A stretch of DNA of 64,000 nucleotides from a virus: positions 1 to 64,000 of IMG/VR virus record IMGVR_UViG_3300032313_000500; one strand, 5' to 3'. A program made the position numbers and the translations under genes. Shown in pieces: positions 20,601 through 28,851 of this stretch. Each line of letters begins with the position of its first letter. Positions within the stretch are counted from its first letter, which is position 1. Under the pieces are notes generated by a model. The model was given only the letters and a program-made list of their open reading frames with translations, had not been told where the DNA came from and made no database searches.

Positions 20601-20798
20601 CTATCTTCCAGGGCGGCCACGACGGAAAATGGCACGGCCACCTTCTCGTATGATGTCTCCAGGACGCTCGCCACCGACACCGCCTCTGCCGAATCGTCTA
20701 CGACCAGCCTGGACAAGTGAACGGACAAAGCGGCGACCACGACCGGCGCGTTCTGCTCCGAGAGTTCTTCTTAAAAAACCAGTTTTTGGTACGTCCAT
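20601..20798 (-). CDS. Small Arg/Gly-rich basic protein
   Basis: 65 aa with about 18 Arg and 15 Gly; strong AAGGAG RBS and an upstream extended -10. Confidence 0.7.
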   Translation of the reverse strand: MDVPKTGFLRRTLGAERAGRGRRFVRSLVQAGRRRFGRGGVGGERPGDIIREGGRAIFRRGRPGR

Positions 20799-20829
20799 TG
20801 CTTAACTCCTTGAATTGGGTGCTCGGCAA

Positions 20830-20838
20830 ATTGTACCA
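20830..20838 (-). promoter_or_regulatory. Extended -10 element TGGTACAAT
   Basis: TGnTAnnnT match in the intergenic gap about 30 nt upstream of the 65-aa gene. Confidence 0.5.
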
Positions 20839-20842
20839 TTAA

Positions 20843-21394
20843 TCACCTATCAGCGTTTGGTGGGCGCTCAATGGCGACCTGTATTTCTGTCGCTTTAGGG
20901 TCCGCTTCAACTGGAACCCAAGCACGGGAATAGTTATGTTCAGAAATTTTACGGTGTTTAAGCAGTGAGCCATCAAGCATTAAATGGAATTCATCATGAC
21001 GCATTTGTAAGATTTCTTCAAAATCTTCTTTGCAGTACTTTTTTGACTTAACTAAGTTTCTGATAATGCTTGATACTGGTTTAGCCACAAGATTACCCCG
21101 AGAACGATTCAACCTAAGGTGCATAAATTGAGCATCAAGACTGTCGCATTCAACATAAAGAACAGGACAGTTGTCCCCAACGGTGCTTTTTACGTGCTTG
21201 TTTTTTGTGGCAAGCAAAAGACGTTCGTTCCCGTCAATCACAATATTTGTGTCTTTCTGCACAACTATTGGCAGCATAAAACCCAAATCCATCAAAGACC
21301 TAGAGAGAGCAAGAAGGTCGGGCCGCAGTATGTAAGTTGCCTTAAATGGGGCTACTTGTAAGTCCGAAAATGGCACCATCTCAATATTGTTCAT
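20843..21394 (-). CDS. ParB/Srx-like domain protein (IbrB-like)
   Basis: LSRSLMDLGFMLPIVV..VIDGNERL..HLRLNRSRG; translationally coupled to the PAPS-reductase-like gene. Confidence 0.75.
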   Translation of the reverse strand: MNNIEMVPFSDLQVAPFKATYILRPDLLALSRSLMDLGFMLPIVVQKDTNIVIDGNERLLLATKNKHVKSTVGDNCPVLYVECDSLDAQFMHLRLNRSRGNLVAKPVSSIIRNLVKSKKYCKEDFEEILQMRHDEFHLMLDGSLLKHRKISEHNYSRAWVPVEADPKATEIQVAIERPPNADR

Positions 21395-22523
21395 TATTTA
21401 ACTCCTGCTCTGCTGCTTTCGCCCTAAGTGTATGCGCTTTTGTTTTTGGTCCCACTGGTGCTGCTGCAGAAACAGTTATTTCATTGAGAATTAAGTTTCT
21501 GATAAGCCAGTTAATCGGGTAGGAGTAAGGGTCCTTGATATGTTTTTTTCTAAAATCTGCCGTGTATGCACGAGCGCGTCGCTTGTCAATCTCATCAAGC
21601 ATGTTTTCATTGATGCAGCGTTTTGCACCTTCAAAACCGTCAACAGCGTAACTCTGAATAAACTTCTCAATATCAAAATCGGGCCACCAACGCCTCTGTG
21701 CGTCAATATTGGGCCATATTTGCCAAAGGGTGTCGTAGAAGCCTGGCTCCGTCATAACGAGGTCACCGATGCGCCTGATAGCCACTGCGTGCAAAGGAAC
21801 GCCAACCCTGGTGTTTGAGCCAGTCATGGCGGCGAGGTCGTAGTACTCACAGTATTCGGCATTATGTTCTTCTGATATGAATTTTAGAACATCATCCATT
21901 TGCCAGTCATAAATAACTTTAGCAAACTTTAGTGGTATTGATTTTTTCATTTTGTAGGGAGAAACTATGTAGTTTTCGTGCACCTTCTGGACAAGGGACC
22001 TGTATCTAACCATTGATTCGTTTGCTCGTACGCCAGTAATAAACGCAATGCTCCCGGTCTTGCCCTGCATTGTGTAGTAATCAATTCCTTCTGGCATTAC
22101 TTGGTCGCCAGGGAGGCCAAAATGTCCAGCGTGAATTGCCCATTCAGGCATTTCCCTAACAAGGCGACCTTCTAGTTTTCTAAACGAATCCCACGAAAGA
22201 ATATTTTCCCTGACTCCTAGAACCCATACTTCTTGTGGGTAAGGAAGGCAGTACCACTCCATGTCAACCCAGTCGTACTGCCTGACTTTGTTTACATAGT
22301 CGTGAACCAGGGGGCTAACCATCTCTTGGTCTCTGAAAATTACTTTTACAGGACCCAGTCCTCGTTCTTCATGAATTTCTTTTGCAAGATACAAAACAGC
22401 AGTTGAGTCTTTTCCGCCGGAAAACTGTACGCATACGGTGTCAAAATTGTCATAGACGTGACGAATCCGCTGACGAGCGGCGTCAACACATGATATGTCT
22501 AGGAACATCCTCTGCTTGGTCAT
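21381..22523 (-). CDS. PAPS-reductase-family protein (IbrA-like)
   Basis: VCVQFSGGKDS PP-loop, VIFRDQE, TGVRANESMVR and IYDWQMDDV follow the IbrA/YbdN-type layout. Confidence 0.8.
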   Translation of the reverse strand: MTKQRMFLDISCVDAARQRIRHVYDNFDTVCVQFSGGKDSTAVLYLAKEIHEERGLGPVKVIFRDQEMVSPLVHDYVNKVRQYDWVDMEWYCLPYPQEVWVLGVRENILSWDSFRKLEGRLVREMPEWAIHAGHFGLPGDQVMPEGIDYYTMQGKTGSIAFITGVRANESMVRYRSLVQKVHENYIVSPYKMKKSIPLKFAKVIYDWQMDDVLKFISEEHNAEYCEYYDLAAMTGSNTRVGVPLHAVAIRRIGDLVMTEPGFYDTLWQIWPNIDAQRRWWPDFDIEKFIQSYAVDGFEGAKRCINENMLDEIDKRRARAYTADFRKKHIKDPYSYPINWLIRNLILNEITVSAAAPVGPKTKAHTLRAKAAEQELNNEQY

Positions 22524-22678
22524 TAGTATTTCGCAATCTGCGACAACCGTGAAACTTCTGCCCGCAATTCTTCTACTTGACGAAGTAGGGAATCTCGTTG
22601 TTCCGTAACGTCTTGAAGCGTAACGCCAATGACAGTATGTGCTTCATCAATTCGGCTCTTGTATTCATCCGTGCTCAC
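22523..22678 (-). CDS. Small coiled-coil hypothetical protein (51 aa)
   Basis: GTG start after GAGG; MSTDEYKSRIDEAHTVIGVTLQDVTEQRDSLLRQVEELRAEVSRLSQIAKY fills the gap and is coupled by a TAATG overlap. Below the ORF-track cutoff. Confidence 0.65.
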   Translation of the reverse strand: MSTDEYKSRIDEAHTVIGVTLQDVTEQRDSLLRQVEELRAEVSRLSQIAKY

Positions 22679-22679
22679 C

Positions 22680-23471
22680 TCAAACCTCCGTATGCATGTC
22701 AATAAAATCCATTAATTTTTCTGCTGTTGTAGTTCCAGATATTCCTGGGTCATTGCGCAGGTAGCGAACAAAGTCATACCATCTACGCTGTTGGTCTGGG
22801 TTGTCAAAAACAATCGTGTACTGAACCACTGCCTGAGGAGAAGAACCAGGAGAAACAAGAGTGCTACCACTGACGGCAACCTTGTTGTGGTCTACATCAT
22901 TGCCAGCAACAATTCGCCTAACGCCATCTTCGGATTCTTCAATATTTATATTGATTGGCGTACTGGGAGGAGCGATGGGTGCTGGGTTCTGCATTACAGG
23001 AGTGAAGTATGCATCAGCAATAGGGGAAATAATTTCTGATGCAATTTGAGTTTCCTCCATCGCCGCCACCTCAAACTCATCCCAACCAAGCCCCTCAAAT
23101 AGTTCTGGGTATTCTTCGTACAGGTCAATCACAATGTCGTTGAGAAGAGAAGGGTCTGTATGCCCTAATTCCATTGTTCTGTTGTCTGCTAGTGCAAACG
23201 CAATTGCTTCGTCGTTTTCAACCTCCATTTTAACAACGGCAATTTTGCTCCACCCAAGACGTCTCGCTGCCTCCAACTGATGGTTTCCTGCAATCACGGT
23301 AAATGTTCCGTTGTCGTTAGGTCGCGCCACTATTGGCTTCATCTGCCCAAACTCTTCGTAGGAAGCCATGATTGCTTCAATGTTTCCCTTACGAGGATTC
23401 TTCTCCAAAGGGACAAGTGAATCTATATCAACAGCAAGTGATTTCAAATCTTCAGAAATGTCGTTTTTCAT
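22680..23471 (-). CDS. ParB-like N-terminal domain protein
   Basis: LVPLEKNPRKGNI..SYEEFGQMKPIV..VIAGNHQLEAARRLGW..ALADNRT. Confidence 0.85.
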   Translation of the reverse strand: MKNDISEDLKSLAVDIDSLVPLEKNPRKGNIEAIMASYEEFGQMKPIVARPNDNGTFTVIAGNHQLEAARRLGWSKIAVVKMEVENDEAIAFALADNRTMELGHTDPSLLNDIVIDLYEEYPELFEGLGWDEFEVAAMEETQIASEIISPIADAYFTPVMQNPAPIAPPSTPININIEESEDGVRRIVAGNDVDHNKVAVSGSTLVSPGSSPQAVVQYTIVFDNPDQQRRWYDFVRYLRNDPGISGTTTAEKLMDFIDMHTEV

Positions 23472-23815
23472 TGTCCTACCTGAACTCTCACGTTAGCGTT
23501 TAGTGTTCGCATGGCATCAATAGAAGTGCGAAGAGAAAGAAGTTTCTCACGCTTGGACTTCAGTAGAGCCTCAGCAATTTTGTAATCAAAGTTTTCGTCA
23601 GCAAGTTTGTAATCTGCCCATGCTTCGCGTTCTTTGATGGAACCTTTTGCCGAAAGATATTCTTTAGCCCAATTGGCTTTGTAGAGGGATTCCTTTTTTG
23701 CAGAATCTTCTGCAAGCGATTCAAATGCTTCTGTTTCTTGTTCCAGCATCTCAAGGAGTCGCATCAACTCGTGTTCAATATCTATCTGACTAATAGGGCT
23801 ATTTCGCGAAATCAT
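23468..23815 (-). CDS. Helical hypothetical protein (possibly UvsY-like recombination accessory)
   Basis: All-helical 115 aa within the recombination cluster; the UvsY likeness is a weak impression only. Confidence 0.4.
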   Translation of the reverse strand: MISRNSPISQIDIEHELMRLLEMLEQETEAFESLAEDSAKKESLYKANWAKEYLSAKGSIKEREAWADYKLADENFDYKIAEALLKSKREKLLSLRTSIDAMRTLNANVRVQVGQ

Positions 23816-24338
23816 TTTTCTCCATTAAGTTTTGCATCGGTGACCAATCTATCTTTTCAAAAGCGGAAAGTTGTTCTTTAGTCCATTGATATGCGGATAA
23901 TCCTACTTTAGTCAAAGCCATCTGCTCAAGCACCCATGCATCGCATTCGTCGTTGCCGGAAGCGCCACTAAATATAATTCCAGTCTTTGCCGAGATGGCA
24001 GAGATGACTTCTCCTTTTGATGCGTTTCCCCGTCCAGTTGCAAACTTTGCACGACACGTGGGTGGCACTTCAATAATTGGGATATTGCATTCAAACAATG
24101 TCATCCGAACACATCCACCCAGTTCTCCGATACTGAAAGCCTGTCCACTACGAGAGGCAAAAGAGTAGCCCTCAATCACCACGCAGGAAATTTCGTTTTC
24201 CAAGCACTGATGCAAAACTTCCTTCGTAACGTCAGACAAACGCTCCGCACCTCGTGTCTTGGGGCGAACAACACTAGTTACACCATTCATAGATATTCCT
24301 GTTGAGGTGAGCGATAGGTCAAGACCCATCAGTCTCAT
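23799..24338 (-). CDS. RuvC-like Holliday junction resolvase
   Basis: MGLDLSLTSTG, VVIEGYSF, IGELGG, KFATGRGNASK and NDECDAWVL supply the RuvC acidic tetrad pattern. Start moved to the ATG at 24338 (ATGA overlap). Confidence 0.85.
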   Translation of the reverse strand: MRLMGLDLSLTSTGISMNGVTSVVRPKTRGAERLSDVTKEVLHQCLENEISCVVIEGYSFASRSGQAFSIGELGGCVRMTLFECNIPIIEVPPTCRAKFATGRGNASKGEVISAISAKTGIIFSGASGNDECDAWVLEQMALTKVGLSAYQWTKEQLSAFEKIDWSPMQNLMEKNDFAK

Positions 24339-24637
24339 CTCTCCCAACCCCTTTTAGCCAAACCAAGGTCAAAGGCTATTTGTGGATAGTTTCCTATACG
24401 GGTGTGGCATGGTCGGCATACAGCCATCAAGTTATCTTCATCAAGGATTGAGCCACCCTGAGAGCGACGCACTATTTCGTGGATGTCCTGCGAAGAACGG
24501 CGTACATATGTTGCGAGTTCGTCATATTCGGCAAATATTGGGCATGCTTCACATAGGGGTTTTTCGTTGAGAAGTTTCTCCACAAGTGGCCTACGGAGCC
24601 TGTATTCCGCTTCTTTTTTCTTGGACCTATGACGCAC
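24335..24637 (-). CDS. HNH endonuclease
   Basis: CEAC..DIHEIVRRSQGGS..DNLMAVCRPCH. Confidence 0.85.
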   Translation of the reverse strand: MRHRSKKKEAEYRLRRPLVEKLLNEKPLCEACPIFAEYDELATYVRRSSQDIHEIVRRSQGGSILDEDNLMAVCRPCHTRIGNYPQIAFDLGLAKRGWER

Positions 24638-24681
24638 GAACAGAGTCTAGTTTATTTCTGACCACCGTACGAGACGAGGAA

Positions 24682-25188
24682 CTATAAATTTCCCTCATTG
24701 ACGTCATCAAACTCCCAACTGCCATTTACTGCAGCCCATAAAGCCCTGTCAATTGATGTTTCTTCAAGGTCATATTCACGTAATAGATTTTTATGCTTGA
24801 TAATTGCGTTCTCAAGAAATGAAGCCCTATCCCAACCATCGGAAGAAACCGCTTCACCAGTTTCAATCATTGTCATGACTTCATCAAGACGACGGTTGAC
24901 ATAAAACTTGAATCTGTCAATTTTTTTTATTCTGTGTTGATATTCGCGAGCCGCTTCAGTAGCGAGTCGTTCACCACTTCTGCCCATTGACAAATACCTC
25001 TCAGCATCAGCATCGGCATCATCTTTAATGCCGTCAATCTGAATGTCAAGGTTTTCAATCAAAAGAAGCAGACCTTCTTTCCATCTTTCCCAGTTTTCAG
25101 GCTGGAGAAGTAATTGCTTCTGAACCAAGGAAAGTTTATTTTTAACATCCTCGGATACAAGTCGTGCGAATACGTCGTCGTTAATCAT
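24682..25188 (-). CDS. Hypothetical helical protein
   Basis: Likely start ATG at 25188 (TAATG coupling with the exonuclease gene); no recognised family. Confidence 0.6.
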   Translation of the reverse strand: MINDDVFARLVSEDVKNKLSLVQKQLLLQPENWERWKEGLLLLIENLDIQIDGIKDDADADAERYLSMGRSGERLATEAAREYQHRIKKIDRFKFYVNRRLDEVMTMIETGEAVSSDGWDRASFLENAIIKHKNLLREYDLEETSIDRALWAAVNGSWEFDDVNEGNL

Positions 25189-25949
25189 TACCGCCATGCA
25201 GGGCATACCTTTTTGAATGAGCACCAATTGCAAAGGATTGACTTGTTCGGTTCAAACTCACCAGTCTCACACTTTACGTCTATTTTCTTTTTTGTTTCAA
25301 TAACAGTTGATTCAACTTTGTCAAGGTCCTGCTGAGTTACTGCTTGACTAAACTGAACACCATCTTTTAGGTAAAGAAGTTCAACCTTCGTTGCTTTGCC
25401 GACACCAGTTGATTCAAGCAGGTGAGAATAAATTAGTAGTTGAAAAAACTTGTCGCTAATCCAGTTTTTCTTTGGAGTTTTTCCAGTTTTGTAATCCGAG
25501 ATAGTAAATCCTGTCTCGTTTTTATCAAACCTGTCAATGAATCCTTTGATGCGAACTCCGCCGATTTCACCGTTTAGTTCGTGCTCAAGCCCCATTGGGG
25601 ACAGAAGTGTTGGTTCTTCTATCTTCCATAGATTTTGGATACACCACCATGACTTCCATCTGAACATTCGCAGTGCTTCATCTCCACGAACCCAAGGCTT
25701 GACCCTATCGCTCCAGCCGTTTTCCCAAAGTTGGGCTGCTAAGAGTTTCGCTTCGTCCTCAGTCCTATAAGTGCTTTCAACATGATAGAGAGCCTCAAGA
25801 ACATCATGAACAAAGTTACCCATTAGGGTTGCCTCTGTAGGGTCTTCTTGCATCAAGTCAATTTTTGAGTACTTGAATTTGAGTGGGCACTGTTCAAATG
25901 TCCCCATGGAAGAAGGAGAAAGATGAGGTGGAGGATTAAACGTTGTCAA
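25188..25949 (-). CDS. PD-(D/E)XK RecB/Cas4-like exonuclease
   Basis: HLSPSS..QCPLKF, GNFVHDVLE, KGFIDR..ISDYKTG, QLLIY and CNWCSFKKVCP (Cys cluster). TTG start at 25949 chosen. Confidence 0.88.
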   Translation of the reverse strand: MTTFNPPPHLSPSSMGTFEQCPLKFKYSKIDLMQEDPTEATLMGNFVHDVLEALYHVESTYRTEDEAKLLAAQLWENGWSDRVKPWVRGDEALRMFRWKSWWCIQNLWKIEEPTLLSPMGLEHELNGEIGGVRIKGFIDRFDKNETGFTISDYKTGKTPKKNWISDKFFQLLIYSHLLESTGVGKATKVELLYLKDGVQFSQAVTQQDLDKVESTVIETKKKIDVKCETGEFEPNKSILCNWCSFKKVCPAWR

Positions 25950-26709
25950 TGTCTTCACGCGCCGTTGCGTCAAATGAGAGAACAAGACAATGCTCCAAGA
26001 GGGCAGTTAAGTCCTCCTGAGTGGCAGTTGCCTTTGTCGGCTTGGGGCGACCGTTTGAGTACTTTTCCCAAAATGCACCAAGTCGTGTTTTGTGTTCTGG
26101 AGACAAGGACTTTGAAAGACTCACAAAATTTATCCACAGTTCTTCAATAACTGGGTCAATAGTGGGCTCGGGAATTGCATCAACTGCCTCCATTGCTTCT
26201 TCGGTGCGAGCAAGATAAAGACCCACACCAAGTGCCTGAGCGGCTTTTTTAAGTGCATCAGAAACCGCACCCTTGAATTCGTCACCCAAGTCAACAATGT
26301 CGCCGTTTTTTGTGCGCTTAATCTTTTGACCACCAAAACCATCTTTGGTAACGCTAGTGAACCTGTCGGTTCCGTAAACATTCAAACGAACATGAGCAAC
26401 AATAAATTCTGGGTCAAGAGCATCTCGTTCGCACTTGATGATTTCGTATGACCAACCGTCAAATCCAAGAACCTTATTGAGTCGTGAGATTACTTCGCTC
26501 ACTGGAATGTAGGTAAGAGAAGTTCCGCCTTTTTTGAGTTGGCGTTCAACTTCTTTCGGGAATGCTTCATTCAGGGATACTTGAATACTGTTTCTCTCAG
26601 CAACTGCTTTTAGGCGCATTTCCTCTTGGCGACGTGTCCACATCTCTTCATTGTTCATGTTTTCTACAACCTCAGTCTCTTCTGCTGAGTCAATTTTTTT
26701 AGTAGCCAT
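25936..26709 (-). CDS. Rad52/Rad22-family single-strand annealing protein (Sak-like)
   Basis: LTYIPVSEVISRLNKVLGFDGWSYEI..KGAVSDALKKAAQALGVGLYL. Confidence 0.85.
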   Translation of the reverse strand: MATKKIDSAEETEVVENMNNEEMWTRRQEEMRLKAVAERNSIQVSLNEAFPKEVERQLKKGGTSLTYIPVSEVISRLNKVLGFDGWSYEIIKCERDALDPEFIVAHVRLNVYGTDRFTSVTKDGFGGQKIKRTKNGDIVDLGDEFKGAVSDALKKAAQALGVGLYLARTEEAMEAVDAIPEPTIDPVIEELWINFVSLSKSLSPEHKTRLGAFWEKYSNGRPKPTKATATQEDLTALLEHCLVLSFDATAREDIDNV

Positions 26710-26711
26710 TG

Positions 26712-27209
26712 TTATTTTTCACCTTTTGTATAGATAGCGATATTTGTTTTTGGTTCACCAACTTCGCAGTACTGGTCTGCGTTGATGCCCAAGTCGTTTA
26801 GTGCCCCAACCCGCCAATATGAAGGCTGGACATAATCAAGTATCTTATTGACAATTTCTTCAGTTGACAACGTAACTTCGCCAGTATCCATATCAACGGA
26901 AGACTGCTGAAGGCGTTCAAACACTTGCATCATGAGACCCTTACTGTCCCATGACTTACGGGCAGAACCAACCTTGCATTTGATTTCAGCACCGGTGCTG
27001 AGGGTCAATTCCGTCTTCTTTTCAGATTGCATTTTTTCAACCATCTTGGCTGCAAACGAATCGTAAATTAAGGCAATGTCTTTCTTTACATGGTTAAGCA
27101 TTACAAGATGCTCAGACCAAACATCAAGGTCTGCCTCGCTGACGTCTTCGCTATTAAGGAACTTGTCAAGGGTCATAAGCATGATTCGTAAATCTGCTGG
27201 AGTTATCAT
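26712..27209 (-). CDS. Conserved phage hypothetical protein
   Basis: 165 aa upstream of the annealase; RKSWD..TGEV..PSYWRV..LGI. Confidence 0.55.
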   Translation of the reverse strand: MITPADLRIMLMTLDKFLNSEDVSEADLDVWSEHLVMLNHVKKDIALIYDSFAAKMVEKMQSEKKTELTLSTGAEIKCKVGSARKSWDSKGLMMQVFERLQQSSVDMDTGEVTLSTEEIVNKILDYVQPSYWRVGALNDLGINADQYCEVGEPKTNIAIYTKGEK

Positions 27210-27254
27210 TTTCTCTCCGTCTAGTAGTAAGTACCTGGGGTTAGTAGTAGGTAC

Positions 27255-28562
27255 CTAGACGATGATACTGACGATTTTCCTTTGTGGCAACCCGAGGCCG
27301 GTTAAATGTGTGAATGCTCCAACAACGGAGTCAACTTGGTCGTCATGGTCGCACGCTTCAGGAAATGAGGAAAGTTCATCCATCCAGTCGCTCAACCACG
27401 TACCCCTTACAACTCTTACGTTTCCGTTGCCCACAGCCGCCGCAAATGGTCTAGCCCTGGTTAATTTATCACCAGTTGAGCGTATTCCTGCAAAATCAAA
27501 GCCGGGAACAACATATCTGGCATATTGGTCCACCAAGGCCTTGCCTGAAGAGCCAGGCTCCTGCTCCATCCTGATGGCGACTCCCCTGCCGTCCTCGTAG
27601 GCGGTCTGAGCGACCAGTTGCTCCACCTTCTCTCCTTTGACGCGGGCTCTCTTGACATCCAAGACATAAGCAACACCACCGTCAAAAAGCATCAATGTTC
27701 CGACTGTCCAGTCAGGGTTGGGGGTCGCATGGGACGGTTCAGTTGCTGCAAGGTCCCAGAAACGCACAGCCCTAGCCGCTGATGTGACGGTGGGCACCTC
27801 GTTGTTGTCAATTATTATTATATTTTCTCTTTCAAACAGGGTTCCCAGGGTGGTGCTCCACCAGTCACCTTCTTCTAGTCTTCGCCGTTCAACAGGGTCA
27901 AGAGCCTGAAGAGCCTGTCGGTAGGAGTCTGCGTCAATTCCAGGATTGTCTGTCAATTTTGACGGCACAAAAATGCGTCCCTTTTCCATTCCCTCAACGA
28001 TAAATCGCTGCCTAACCCAGTTGGGGGCGGGGTTTGATGCCGCCCTCATCCGAAGAGGAACCTGAGAAAGTGGTCCAGAGTTCGGACGACGGAGACGGGA
28101 GAACATGTACCTGTAGTCGGATTCTCGGATTTCGGTAACTTCATCCATTCCGATGAACTGAAATTCTGAACCCTTATAGCGAAGATAGTCGTTGGTGTTA
28201 TTTAAGTACCCAAAAGAGACTCTCGCACCAGAAGGGAAGGTGGCAACATAACTGTTTGCGTTCCAGTGAATTTCGTCAGAACCCTCTATCCATGTCTTGA
28301 ATCTGTCCATGAGAGCACCGGGAAGCGCCAAGTCGGCGTATGTACGCCTGAACAGAATTGCCGAATAGTTAGGCACATCTACATACTGAAGAGCAGACAT
28401 TAACAATGCAGAACTTTTGCCTCCACCTGCTGCTCCGCCAAATAACGCCTCAATACCGTTAGTTCTTAAAAAAACTTTTTGCGTGATAGATGCTTCCTCT
28501 GGACAGAATTCAGGTTTTTTAGGTTCTAAGTATTCAAGAACTTTTATCCAGTCGGTAGTCAT
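27255..28562 (-). CDS. terL: Terminase large subunit
   Basis: Walker A GGAAGGGKS, Walker B FIGMDEV, coupling motif RAASNP, nuclease FWDLA and HDDQVD. Start moved to MTTDW. Confidence 0.93.
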   Translation of the reverse strand: MTTDWIKVLEYLEPKKPEFCPEEASITQKVFLRTNGIEALFGGAAGGGKSSALLMSALQYVDVPNYSAILFRRTYADLALPGALMDRFKTWIEGSDEIHWNANSYVATFPSGARVSFGYLNNTNDYLRYKGSEFQFIGMDEVTEIRESDYRYMFSRLRRPNSGPLSQVPLRMRAASNPAPNWVRQRFIVEGMEKGRIFVPSKLTDNPGIDADSYRQALQALDPVERRRLEEGDWWSTTLGTLFERENIIIIDNNEVPTVTSAARAVRFWDLAATEPSHATPNPDWTVGTLMLFDGGVAYVLDVKRARVKGEKVEQLVAQTAYEDGRGVAIRMEQEPGSSGKALVDQYARYVVPGFDFAGIRSTGDKLTRARPFAAAVGNGNVRVVRGTWLSDWMDELSSFPEACDHDDQVDSVVGAFTHLTGLGLPQRKIVSIIV

Positions 28563-28623
28563 GGTTTTCTTTCTGTAGGGCAATTGCACATTAGGCATGT
28601 TTTATGCGCTACGGTGTGAGCAT

Positions 28624-28848
28624 ATGAATAATTTCATCACTAAAACGAAGTCTGTAAGTGTAAAGAGTATTAAGTTTTTATGGGGGGTAGTAAAAGAATT
28701 GTTAACACGCCCGTTCTTCGCCAACGTTTTAATGGTAGGATTTATATTATTTACAAGTATAGGGGCGAGCATGGTTTCGCCTGCTTTGGGTTTCATTGCG
28801 GCGGGTGTTACATGCGGAATTTTCGGTTTATTGCTAGGTCTTGAGTAA
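28624..28848 (+). CDS. Small membrane protein upstream of portal
   Basis: Two hydrophobic helices (FFANVLMVGFILFTSIGA; ALGFIAAGVTCGIFGLLLG); small two-helix genes are common before HK97-type portals. Confidence 0.6.
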   Translation: MNNFITKTKSVSVKSIKFLWGVVKELLTRPFFANVLMVGFILFTSIGASMVSPALGFIAAGVTCGIFGLLLGLE

Positions 28849-28851
28849 AAA

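Noticed and set aside
20545-20805. 86-aa Pro/Arg-rich plus-strand ORF
   Set aside because: Antisense to the Arg/Gly mini-gene, which has the RBS, the promoter element and operon-consistent orientation.
25188-25949. Cas4 as evidence of a CRISPR system
   Set aside because: No array or other cas genes; the context beside a Rad52-like annealase indicates a recombination exonuclease.
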